Shown here one piece after another: positions 55,835 to 64,000 of a stretch of 64,000 nt of DNA. Made by a program: the position numbers and the translations under genes. The notes below the pieces were generated by a model. The model ran no database searches and was not told the origin of the DNA. It was given only the letters and a program-made list of their open reading frames with translations. Source of the DNA: Myxococcota bacterium (GTDB taxonomy: Bacteria > Myxococcota_A > UBA796 > SXON01); contig JAZKFH010000008.1 of assembly GCA_040386535.1 (NCBI GenBank), positions 176,011 through 240,010 on the forward strand, written 5' to 3'. Each line of letters begins with the position of its first letter. Positions within the stretch are counted from its first letter, which is position 1.

Positions 55835-58420
55835 TCACCCGAAGAGGGCCCACGCGACCGCGAGCGCGACGATCACGACGGCCGCGAGCCCCAGCCAGAC
55901 GCCGCGTCGGGGCGCGTCGGGGCCGAGGTCCATGTCGCGGGACCGTCCGGAGGGCAAACCCGCGAGCAGCACCTCGACGTCCCGGCCCGACTCGGTCCAC
56001 TTGCCGGGCCCCTTCTCGCCCTCCCGCGCGGAGCTGTTGGTGATGCCGACCGCGCCTGTCCACCGGGGCACCGCGGGTGCCGGGGCGTGGTCCTCCCGAC
56101 GGGGCGGGAGCCCCGCGAGGATGTCCGTGGGCTCCCGCGGCGGCGTGGTCCACTTCCCCGGGCCCTTCTCGTGCTCGCGCGTCGCGTCGCCGGTGACGGG
56201 GGTGGCGTCGGACCAGCGGGGGCCCGTGGCGGGCTCGGGTGGCGGGAGGGCGGCGAGGCGCGCGGCTTCGGCGCGGGTGGCTTCGGCGCGTGCGGCTTCG
56301 GCGCGTGCGGCTTCGGCGCGTGCGGCTTCGGCGCGTGCGGCTTCCGCGAGGCGGGCCTCCTCGGCGATGCGCGCTTCTTCGGCGATGCGCGCTTCTTCGA
56401 CGCGTGTGGCTTCCGCGACTCGTGCTGCTTCTGCGACCCGGGCCCCTTCGGCGAAGCGGGCTTCTTCGGCGACGCGCGCTTCTTCGGCGACGCGCGCTTC
56501 TTCGGCGACGCGCGCTTCTTCCGCGACTCGTGCTGCTTCTGCGACCCGGGCCTCTTCGGCGACGCGCGCTTCTTGGGCGAGACGGGCCTCTTCGGCGACG
56601 CGGACCTCTTCGGCGATGCGCGCTTCTTCGGTGATGCGCGCTTCTTCGGCGCGTGTGGCTTCCGCGACTCGTGCTGCTTCTGCGACCCGGGCCTCTTCGG
56701 CGACGCGCGCTTCTTCGGCGACGCGGACCTCTTCGGCGACGCGGACCTCTTCGGCGACGCGCTCCTCGTCGGCGACGCGGGCTTCTTCGGCGACACGGGC
56801 TTCTTCAGCCAGCCGCGCCAGCTCGGCGACACGGGCCTCTTCGGCGACACGGGCTTCTTCGGCCAGCCTCGCCAGCTCGGCGACCCGGGCCTCTTCGGCG
56901 CGCGCCTCCTCGGCAAGTCGGATCTCGTCCGCCAGGCGCGCCGCTTCGGCGAGGCGACGAGCGTCGGCAACGCGCGTCTCCTCGGCCAGACGCGCCACCT
57001 CGGCGAGCCGGACTTCTTCGGCGCGTCGCGCCTCTTCCGCCACACGTACGAGCTCAGCGACGCGCGCTACCTCGGCGAGCCGGACTTCCTCGGCGCGTCG
57101 CGCCTCATCAGCAAGCCGAGCTTCCTCGGCCCGTTCCTCAGCTACCCGAGCCTCCTCGGCGACCCGCGTCGCTTCAGCCAGCCGCACGACCTCAGCGCCC
57201 CGCGCCTCCTCCGCAACCCCCCCGTCCTCCGCGACCCCGTCCTCCCCAACCCCGTCCTCCTCCCCCACCAGGAACAGCTCCTCCTCCGGGGCCTCGATCA
57301 CCACGGCGTCGGCCGCGTCCCCCACGTCCACCACCAACGGGGCGCGGCGCGTCACCTCGATCCCGCCCCGCTTCGGCGGGCTGATGACCGTACGCTCGGC
57401 CGCGGCGCGCGCTTCGAGCTCCGCGATGCGCGCCTCGGCGAGCCGACGGCGGTCGGCCTCCTCGGCGCGACGACGCGTGCGCGAGGCCTCCAGGAGCACG
57501 TCCCGATCGCGCGCGGCCTGCTCGCGGGCGGCCTCCACGGTCGATCGCTCGGTCGTGAGGCGTACACGCTCGGCCTCCACCCAGGCGTCGGCCGCTGCTC
57601 GCTCGTGCTCATACCGACGCGCACGATCCCGCTCGAGCTGGCGGTCGAGCTGCGCCCGGACGTCCGCCGCGTTCCCCCGCGGCGTACCCTCGCGGCGCGC
57701 TGCCCCCCCCCTCGCCCCACTCGACCCAGTCGCCGCGGTCTCCTCGGGCTCGTTCGGCGCGGGCTCCACGTCGATGTCGCCCACCTGCGGCAGGCGGACG
57801 TTGTTCTCTGCCAACCACGTCTGCAGCGCGGCCTCGTACGGCACGCCGCCCCCGACCGCGGCGAGCGCCTGTCGGGCGGCGCGGGCGTCGCGGAAGCCCA
57901 CGCGCGGGGCGTTCACGCCGAGGCCGAGGAGCCAGAGCGGCGCGCGGTCCACGCCGGCGGCGATCAGGGACGCGGGGGAGACCAGGGTGGTCACGATCGT
58001 GCCGAGGGCCTCGATGTCGGAGACGCGGCGGGGGCCCGGCGGCGCGGGCGCGTGGAGCACCGGGCGGATCCGGAACCAGCCCTCGGCGTCGAACCCCCAG
58101 CCCTCGAGGGCGAGCCCGCCGTGGGCCCCGCCGAGGCCGTGGACCTGTTCGAGGTCGGCCAGCACCCGTGCGATCAGCCCGAGCGTCGCGATCGGGCCCG
58201 GCGCGGCCTCGACCAGGCGGCGGGCCAGGGGCGGGCCGAGCAGGAGGCGCTCTCCCTCGATCGTGCACGGCGCGAACACGCCGCCCCGCGGCACCTGCGC
58301 CGCCCGACCGGGCGGGAGCTCCAGCACCTCGACGAGGCGCGCGTGCCCGTCGCGGACCAGCAGGCGGCGCACGCCGGGCACCGAGGACGGCAACGATTGG
58401 ACGAGGGGGGCCGGCGGCAT
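55835..58420 (-). CDS. Pseudokinase-like N-domain + long (AEEARV)n coiled coil + C-terminal membrane anchor
   Basis: LEQVHGLGGAHGGL...SDIEALG; dozens of 5-6-aa E/A/R repeats; duplicated PRW...EKGPGKWT...LAGLP; terminal TM. Confidence 0.75.
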   Translation of the reverse strand: MPPAPLVQSLPSSVPGVRRLLVRDGHARLVEVLELPPGRAAQVPRGGVFAPCTIEGERLLLGPPLARRLVEAAPGPIATLGLIARVLADLEQVHGLGGAHGGLALEGWGFDAEGWFRIRPVLHAPAPPGPRRVSDIEALGTIVTTLVSPASLIAAGVDRAPLWLLGLGVNAPRVGFRDARAARQALAAVGGGVPYEAALQTWLAENNVRLPQVGDIDVEPAPNEPEETAATGSSGARGGAARREGTPRGNAADVRAQLDRQLERDRARRYEHERAAADAWVEAERVRLTTERSTVEAAREQAARDRDVLLEASRTRRRAEEADRRRLAEARIAELEARAAAERTVISPPKRGGIEVTRRAPLVVDVGDAADAVVIEAPEEELFLVGEEDGVGEDGVAEDGGVAEEARGAEVVRLAEATRVAEEARVAEERAEEARLADEARRAEEVRLAEVARVAELVRVAEEARRAEEVRLAEVARLAEETRVADARRLAEAARLADEIRLAEEARAEEARVAELARLAEEARVAEEARVAELARLAEEARVAEEARVADEERVAEEVRVAEEVRVAEEARVAEEARVAEAARVAEATRAEEARITEEARIAEEVRVAEEARLAQEARVAEEARVAEAARVAEEARVAEEARVAEEARVAEEARFAEGARVAEAARVAEATRVEEARIAEEARIAEEARLAEAARAEAARAEAARAEAARAEATRAEAARLAALPPPEPATGPRWSDATPVTGDATREHEKGPGKWTTPPREPTDILAGLPPRREDHAPAPAVPRWTGAVGITNSSAREGEKGPGKWTESGRDVEVLLAGLPSGRSRDMDLGPDAPRRGVWLGLAAVVIVALAVAWALFG
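56266..57190 (-). repeat. Coding tandem repeat, 18-nt (AEEARV) and 15-nt (AEAAR) units
   Basis: Repeated TCTTCGGCGACGCGCGCT and GCTTCGGCGCGTGCG on the + strand; boundaries approximate. Confidence 0.9.
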
Positions 58421-58518
58421 GGCGCGCATCTTATGTCGCCGGGCCGCCAATGCGGGATGAGAGGCGCGGCGTCCACCTTTTGGGTGCCGGCGGGCGGCCC
58501 GGTGCTAAGCTCGGACCC

Positions 58519-61293
58519 ATGCGGTGGCTGTGGACCTTCCTGCTCGCCGGATGCGCGGCCGAGAAGCCGGACACGGGCGGCGCGCCGGTCCCGCCGTGGC
58601 TCCAGGACGACGACGGCGACACGTTCACCGCCGACCAGGATTGCGACGACGCCGACGCTGCCGTCCATCCCGGGGCCCCCGAGGTGTGTGACGGGCGCGA
58701 CCAGGACTGCGATCTGGAGATCGACGAGGACGCGCTCGACGCGGTCACCCGCTACCCCGACGACGACGGCGACGGCGCCTACGACCGCTACGCCAGCCCC
58801 TCCTGCGATCCGCCGCCCGGCGCGTCCGAGCCCGGCACCGACTGCGACGACAACGATGCCGCCGTGTTCCCTGGGGCCACCGAGCGCTGCAACGGCGTGG
58901 ACGACGACTGCGACGGCGAGCGCGACGAGGACACCGAGCTCGACGCCGTCAATTGGTACGGCGACGCCGACGGCGACGGGTTCGGCGACCCCGCCGCGAC
59001 CGTGCTGGCCTGCGCCGCGCCCGTCGGCTCCGTGGCGGACGCCACCGACTGCGACGATAGGGCGGCCGGCACGTTTCCGGGGGCGCCCGAGCGGTGTGAC
59101 GGTGCCGACAACGACTGTGACGGGGGGGTGGACGAGGATCCCGAGTCCGCCACGACCTGGTACGCGGATCGTGACGGCGACACTTACGGGGACGCGGGCA
59201 CCGCCGAGGAGGCATGCGCCCGCCCCGAGGGCTCCACGCGTGACGCCACGGACTGTGACGACACCGATGTGTACACGCATCCCGGCGCCCACGAACAATG
59301 TGGCGGAGGCGACGAGGACTGTGACGGCACGACCGACGAGTCCGACGCGGCCGACGCGCCGACCTGGTACCCCGACGGCGACGCGGACGGCTACGGCGCG
59401 GACACCCGCACGAGCCGGTCCTGCCGCGCCCCCGCGGCGCACAGCTCCACCGGCGGCGACTGTGACGATGGCGACGCCACGATCTCGCCCGCGGCCACGG
59501 AGACCTGCGACGAGGTGGACGAGGACTGCGACGGCGCGGTGGACGAAGACGCGGGCGACGCGACGGCCTGGTACCTCGACGGGGACGGCGACGGCTTCGG
59601 CGACCCGGCGACGCGGACCGAGACCTGCGGCGCCCCGGCGGGCCACGTCGCGGACGGGAGCGATTGCGACGATGCCGAGGCCGACACCTTTCCCGGCGCG
59701 ATCGAGGCGTGTGACGGCGCCGATGACGACTGCGACGGCACGGTGGACGAGGCCGACGCGATCGACACCACCGCGTGGTACGTCGATGACGACGCGGACG
59801 GGTACGGCGACGCCGCGGTCGCCACCCTCGCGTGCGACGCCCCGGCCGGGATGGTCGCGCTCTCCGGCGACTGCGACGACACCAGCGGCGTCGTGAACCC
59901 CGGGCGTTCGGAGACCTGCAACGACGGGCTCGACAACGACTGCGACGGGGGGGACGACGGCTGTATCCGCGTCGGCGCCACCGATCTGGAGACGGTGTAC
60001 CAGGCGCGGGTGGTCGGGGCGGTCGCCCACGACCTCGTGGGCCGGTCGATCGCGCACGTCGGCGACGTGGACCGGGACGGCACGCCCGACCTCGCCCTGG
60101 GCGTGTACGGCCTCGACGAGGTGTGGCTGGTGCACGGCGTACCCTTCGGAGAGCTCGGCCCCTTCGACGTGCACGGGGCCTTCGTCGGCGCCGCGGGCGA
60201 GGGCTGGGGCGGCGCGGTCGCCGGGGTCGGGGACACGGACGGAGACGGCTACGACGATGTCCTCCTCGGCGCGGCAGGCGCGGGCGCGGCGTGCCTGCTC
60301 CCCGGGCCCTGGGACCCGGTGGAGGACGAGCGGGACGCGACGCTGCGGCTCGAAGGGGAGGGCTCCTCCAGCGGCGTCGGGGACGTGTTTGCCGGGGCCG
60401 GAGATCTCGACGGCGACGGCCTCACCGATCTCGTGATCGGGGCGCCGCGCGCCGACGGCACGTACGCCTACGGCGGTGTCGCCTACGTGGTCTACGGCGG
60501 CGGGTCCGGTACGCTCGACCTCGGCACGGCGGACGGCGCGGTCCTCGGCGCGTTCACCTACGCCACCCTCGGCGACGCCGTCGCGGGCGTCGGCGATGTC
60601 GACGGGGACGGCCTCGATGACCTGCTCGTCGGGTCTCCGGGCGACCGCACGGCGGCCGTGCTCGCGGGCGCGGCGTACCTCGTGCTCGGGCCCGCGTCGG
60701 GCACCCGCGAGGCGGCCGCGGCGGACGCGATCTTCCTCGGCGAGCGCACCTACGATCTGGCGGGCAGCGCGGTCGCCGGGGCGGGCGACACCGACGGAGA
60801 CGGCGCCCTGGAGCTGCTCGTGGGCGCGGAGTACCACGACGGCGGCGGCGCCAACGGGGGCGCGGCCTACCTCCTCCGCGGGCCCTTTGCCGGCACCTCC
60901 TCGCTCGCCGCGGCCGCGGCAGGGGTCGTCGGCGCCGCGGCGGGGGACCTCGCCGGGTCCGCTGTGGCTGGGGCGGGCGACTTTGACGGCGACGGCTTCG
61001 ACGACTGGATGGTTGGCGCGTGGCCGAGCGATCTCGGCGGCGAGTCGGCGGGCGCGGTCTTCCTGCTCTACGGCCCCGGCCCGTGGAGCGCGGACCTCGG
61101 CGCCGCCGACCTCGTCCTGCGCGGCACGCCCGGCGCCCAGGCCGGCTTCTCCCTCTCAGGCGGCGCCGGCGCGTGGGGCACGGGCGATCTGACCGGGGAC
61201 GGCCTCGACGATCTGCTCGTCGGAGCCCCGGCGGACGCCGCGCCCGGCCCCGCCACCGGCGCAGGCTACCTCGTGGCCGGGCAGGGCCTGTAG
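58519..61293 (+). CDS. Surface lipoprotein with MopE-type putative metal-binding repeats and FG-GAP (integrin alpha-like) repeats
   Basis: Lipobox LAGC; repeated DCDD....PGA.E.C.G.D.DCDG and WY.D.DGDG.G; then GD.DGDG.DDL.VGAP repeats. Confidence 0.92.
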   Translation: MRWLWTFLLAGCAAEKPDTGGAPVPPWLQDDDGDTFTADQDCDDADAAVHPGAPEVCDGRDQDCDLEIDEDALDAVTRYPDDDGDGAYDRYASPSCDPPPGASEPGTDCDDNDAAVFPGATERCNGVDDDCDGERDEDTELDAVNWYGDADGDGFGDPAATVLACAAPVGSVADATDCDDRAAGTFPGAPERCDGADNDCDGGVDEDPESATTWYADRDGDTYGDAGTAEEACARPEGSTRDATDCDDTDVYTHPGAHEQCGGGDEDCDGTTDESDAADAPTWYPDGDADGYGADTRTSRSCRAPAAHSSTGGDCDDGDATISPAATETCDEVDEDCDGAVDEDAGDATAWYLDGDGDGFGDPATRTETCGAPAGHVADGSDCDDAEADTFPGAIEACDGADDDCDGTVDEADAIDTTAWYVDDDADGYGDAAVATLACDAPAGMVALSGDCDDTSGVVNPGRSETCNDGLDNDCDGGDDGCIRVGATDLETVYQARVVGAVAHDLVGRSIAHVGDVDRDGTPDLALGVYGLDEVWLVHGVPFGELGPFDVHGAFVGAAGEGWGGAVAGVGDTDGDGYDDVLLGAAGAGAACLLPGPWDPVEDERDATLRLEGEGSSSGVGDVFAGAGDLDGDGLTDLVIGAPRADGTYAYGGVAYVVYGGGSGTLDLGTADGAVLGAFTYATLGDAVAGVGDVDGDGLDDLLVGSPGDRTAAVLAGAAYLVLGPASGTREAAAADAIFLGERTYDLAGSAVAGAGDTDGDGALELLVGAEYHDGGGANGGAAYLLRGPFAGTSSLAAAAAGVVGAAAGDLAGSAVAGAGDFDGDGFDDWMVGAWPSDLGGESAGAVFLLYGPGPWSADLGAADLVLRGTPGAQAGFSLSGGAGAWGTGDLTGDGLDDLLVGAPADAAPGPATGAGYLVAGQGL

Positions 61294-61388
61294 GGGACGC
61301 CCGCTGAACGCCGACTGAGGCGGATCCGCTCGGATCGGACGATCCCGACGCGCTCGATCCGCTATCATTCCGCCGCCCGAGGTTCGCC

Positions 61389-63962
61389 ATGCTCCTGCTC
61401 GCCCTGCTCTCCTGCAAGCCCGAACCCGTGGTCAAGCCGGAGCCCGAGGTCGAAGCCTGCGATCCGGTCGCCGAGCAGGCGGACGCGCCCGCGCTCGTCC
61501 CCGGCGTGCCCCTCGCCGCCGCCGCCGAGGCCGCGCTGTTGCTCCCGGTCGGCACGCCGCTGTCCGGCTACACGAGCCGCTGCGACTGCTTCGGCAACAG
61601 CGGCGACGCCGATCGCCGCGACTCCGCCTACGCGTCCGAGTTCGCCGCCTCCGCCGGCGTCCAGACCGCCATCCCGGTCAAGGCGTTCTGGATCACGAAC
61701 GGCGACCAGGATCTCGTCATCCTCAAGATCGACCTCATCTACTCGTTCGACGGCCTCGTCGAGGAGATGGAGCGCCGCTTGTCGGCCGCCACGGGCAAGG
61801 ACCTGGACGGGAAGGTGGTGGTCACCACGAACCACTCCCACTCCAGCCACGGCGCCTTCAGCGATCAGATCACGTTCTACCTGGGGAGTGACCGCTTCAA
61901 CTACGAGGTGTTCACCCGCATGGCCGAGGCCGCCGAGGACGTGGCGATGGAGGCCCACGGCGCGCTCCAGCCCGCCAAGATCGGCGTCGGCTACGCCAAG
62001 GACTGGGATCCGGACGACCGGGTGTACCGCGACCGTCGTGACCACAACGACGACGTGCAGTTCTTCCCGGACATCCCCGCCGGCCGCTACAAGGACCCGA
62101 ACCTCACGATGATGCGCATCGACACGCTCGATGACCAGCCGATCGGCGTGTTGTTCAACTTCGGCGTCCACGGGACCCTCCTCGGGGACGACAACCCGAT
62201 GATCAGCATCGAAGCGCCCGGGCACGTGGAGCGTGTGTTCCAGGAGCGGTTCGACACCCCGGTGGTCGTGGCGCTGCTCCAGGGCGCCGCGGGCGACGCG
62301 AGCCCGGGGGGCAGTGACGACGGCTACGCGCGGATGGAGAGCGTCGGCGAGTACGCCGCGGACGCGCTCGAGAGCTTGTGGACCTCGATCCCCACCGCGG
62401 CCGATCCGATCCGCCTCGAGACCACGTCCCGCTCGGTCGACCAGACGCACGACGCGATGCGCGTCACCCGCGGCGACACCGTGCTCCAGTACACGCCCTT
62501 CATCGACGACGAAGACTTCGAGCCCGACAACATCATCTACGCCGACGACGGCTCCATCCTCTCGCCCATCGACGAGTACAACGTCGCCTACGGCGGCGCG
62601 TTCTGCGGCGAGGATCCCGCCTACCTGCCCGGCTTCGCCCCCGCGTCGGTGTTCCCGTACGTCAACTGTGTCGACGTGAGCAAGATGGTGGCGGTGATCA
62701 AGGGCTTCTTCGATCTGACCGACGCCGAGGCCCAGCTCCCCATCCTCGAGAGCCGCGTGGCCGCCTTCACCGCGTCGCGCATGGGCCCCTTCCCCATCCG
62801 CGAGGCCGACGGCACGCAGACCACCGACGACTTCTTCATCGGCTTCTTCCCCGGCGAGGCCACGGCAACGTACACCGAGCAGTTCCGTCGCCGCGCCAAG
62901 GCCGAGCTCGGCTACGGCCACGCGATGGCGGTGGCGTACTCCCAGGATCACGAGGGCTACCTGCTCATCCCCGAGGATTGGCTCCAGGGCGGGTACGAGA
63001 TCGACATCAACATCTGGGGCCCGCTCCAGGGCGAACACATCATGGAGAAGCTGCTCGAGGCGAGCGCCGAGGTGCTCTCCACCGACGTCGTCGAGCACCC
63101 CGATCCGTGCCAGCTGTACCCGTCGACCGACTACGAGTCCGTCGGCGCCTGGGCGCTCCCGGAGGTGGTGCCCGAGGCCACCCCCGAGGCCGGCACGCCG
63201 CTCGACACGCCGCCCGCCTACCTCTGGTCGCCGCTCTACACCGACGAGGAGCGCGACGCGGGCGTGTCGCCCGATCTGCTCGTCCCCGCAGTGCTCCCCC
63301 GCGTGCAGGGCATCGTGGAGATGGCGTGGACCGGCGGCGATCCCGGCGTCGACTACCCGGACGTGACGCTCGAGCGCCAGACCGACGCCGGCTGGGAGAC
63401 CGTCCTGACCGCATCGGGGCGCCCCGTGTCGCGCGGGCCGGACATCCTCCTCACCCACACGCCCGATCCGCTCCTGCCCTTCACCGTCGTGCAGACGCAC
63501 ACCTGGTACGCCGCGTTCCAGGCCGTCGGCACGGTGGATGACCGCGCGGGCATCCCCGCCGGCACGTACCGCCTCCATGTCGTCGGGAACACCTACACGG
63601 GCTCCTCCACGACGTACCCGTGGGACAGCACCGAGTACACCGTGGACAGCGCGCCGTTCGAGATCGTCCCCGCCACGATCGTCGTGACCGCGAGCGCCGG
63701 CGAGGTGACCGCGTCGTTGCCCGGCCCCGCGCGCGGCTGGCGGCTCATCGGCCTCGACGGCGCCTCCCGCGGCGACAACCCGCTCCCGGACGACACTGCA
63801 ACGCTGCGCATCGTCCAGGGAGACGGCAGCGACGCGATCGTAGAGGTGACTGGCTCCCGGAGCGGCAACGTCACGCACTTCACTGGCGTGGCGCTCGACG
63901 GCGCGGTCCGCGTCGAGGTCACCGACGTGTACGGAAACACCGGCGCGGTCGACCTGTTGTGA
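61389..63962 (+). CDS. Neutral/alkaline ceramidase-family lipoprotein
   Basis: Lipobox LLSC; PVGTPLSGY, TTNHSHSS, NFGVHGT, LQGAAGDASP, PGEAT, GYL...GGYE. Confidence 0.8.
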   Translation: MLLLALLSCKPEPVVKPEPEVEACDPVAEQADAPALVPGVPLAAAAEAALLLPVGTPLSGYTSRCDCFGNSGDADRRDSAYASEFAASAGVQTAIPVKAFWITNGDQDLVILKIDLIYSFDGLVEEMERRLSAATGKDLDGKVVVTTNHSHSSHGAFSDQITFYLGSDRFNYEVFTRMAEAAEDVAMEAHGALQPAKIGVGYAKDWDPDDRVYRDRRDHNDDVQFFPDIPAGRYKDPNLTMMRIDTLDDQPIGVLFNFGVHGTLLGDDNPMISIEAPGHVERVFQERFDTPVVVALLQGAAGDASPGGSDDGYARMESVGEYAADALESLWTSIPTAADPIRLETTSRSVDQTHDAMRVTRGDTVLQYTPFIDDEDFEPDNIIYADDGSILSPIDEYNVAYGGAFCGEDPAYLPGFAPASVFPYVNCVDVSKMVAVIKGFFDLTDAEAQLPILESRVAAFTASRMGPFPIREADGTQTTDDFFIGFFPGEATATYTEQFRRRAKAELGYGHAMAVAYSQDHEGYLLIPEDWLQGGYEIDINIWGPLQGEHIMEKLLEASAEVLSTDVVEHPDPCQLYPSTDYESVGAWALPEVVPEATPEAGTPLDTPPAYLWSPLYTDEERDAGVSPDLLVPAVLPRVQGIVEMAWTGGDPGVDYPDVTLERQTDAGWETVLTASGRPVSRGPDILLTHTPDPLLPFTVVQTHTWYAAFQAVGTVDDRAGIPAGTYRLHVVGNTYTGSSTTYPWDSTEYTVDSAPFEIVPATIVVTASAGEVTASLPGPARGWRLIGLDGASRGDNPLPDDTATLRIVQGDGSDAIVEVTGSRSGNVTHFTGVALDGAVRVEVTDVYGNTGAVDLL

Positions 63963-63972
63963 CGGCGCCCTC

Positions 63973-64000
63973 GTGAAGAAGTTCATCGCTGTCGCCGGCA
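63973..64000 (+). CDS. Start of a gene, possibly a deoxynucleoside kinase (partial)
   Basis: GTG-KKFIAVAG..., resembling the strand before a P-loop; only 9 codons visible. Confidence 0.3.

Noticed and set aside
54525..59896. Very long plus-strand ORFs (1311 aa and 1269 aa)
   Set aside because: Antisense or off-frame shadows of the S9 peptidase, repeat protein and MopE genes; high GC and repeats suppress stops, and the translations have no domain motifs.
58519..63962. MopE/FG-GAP and ceramidase-like lipoproteins as CIS effectors
   Set aside because: Both have lipoprotein signal peptides and are separated from the CIS by unrelated, oppositely oriented genes.

Overview
Very GC-rich bacterial DNA. 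The gene content (Hanks kinase, MopE/FG-GAP and Asp-Thr-repeat lipoproteins, DUF4423-type regulator) suggests a Myxococcota-like organism; this is inference, not a database result. About 50 CDSs can be supported. The flanks (1-15 kb and 51.6-64 kb) hold housekeeping and envelope genes: two tandem IDH/IPMDH-family genes, htpX, fumC, queE, an S9 peptidase and several lipoproteins. The centre holds an atypical contractile injection system (eCIS/CIS). An Afp15-like AAA+ ATPase and a DUF4157 protein lie on the minus strand (26.5-29.3 kb). The structural operon is on the plus strand (32.8-51.6 kb): Pvc16-like cap, two sheaths, a tail chaperone plus DUF6760 apparently joined by a -1 frameshift, one tube with an N-terminal extension, a 1416-aa low-complexity protein, tube initiator, hub, gp25, enlarged baseplate J, P2-I-like wedge and a stub fibre. 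No gp5 spike, PAAR, lysis gene or recognisable toxin is visible in the window. The operon ends in a ubiquitin-like/4-TM/C4HC3 Zn-finger membrane protein, reached across a chain of three 3-codon mini-ORFs. Upstream lies a membrane signalling module (two degenerate FHA proteins, a vWA lipoprotein, a Ser/Thr kinase and three secreted proteins). Best candidate for a new system: a possibly cell-retained, membrane-coupled CIS. All family assignments come from motif recognition by eye; no searches were run.
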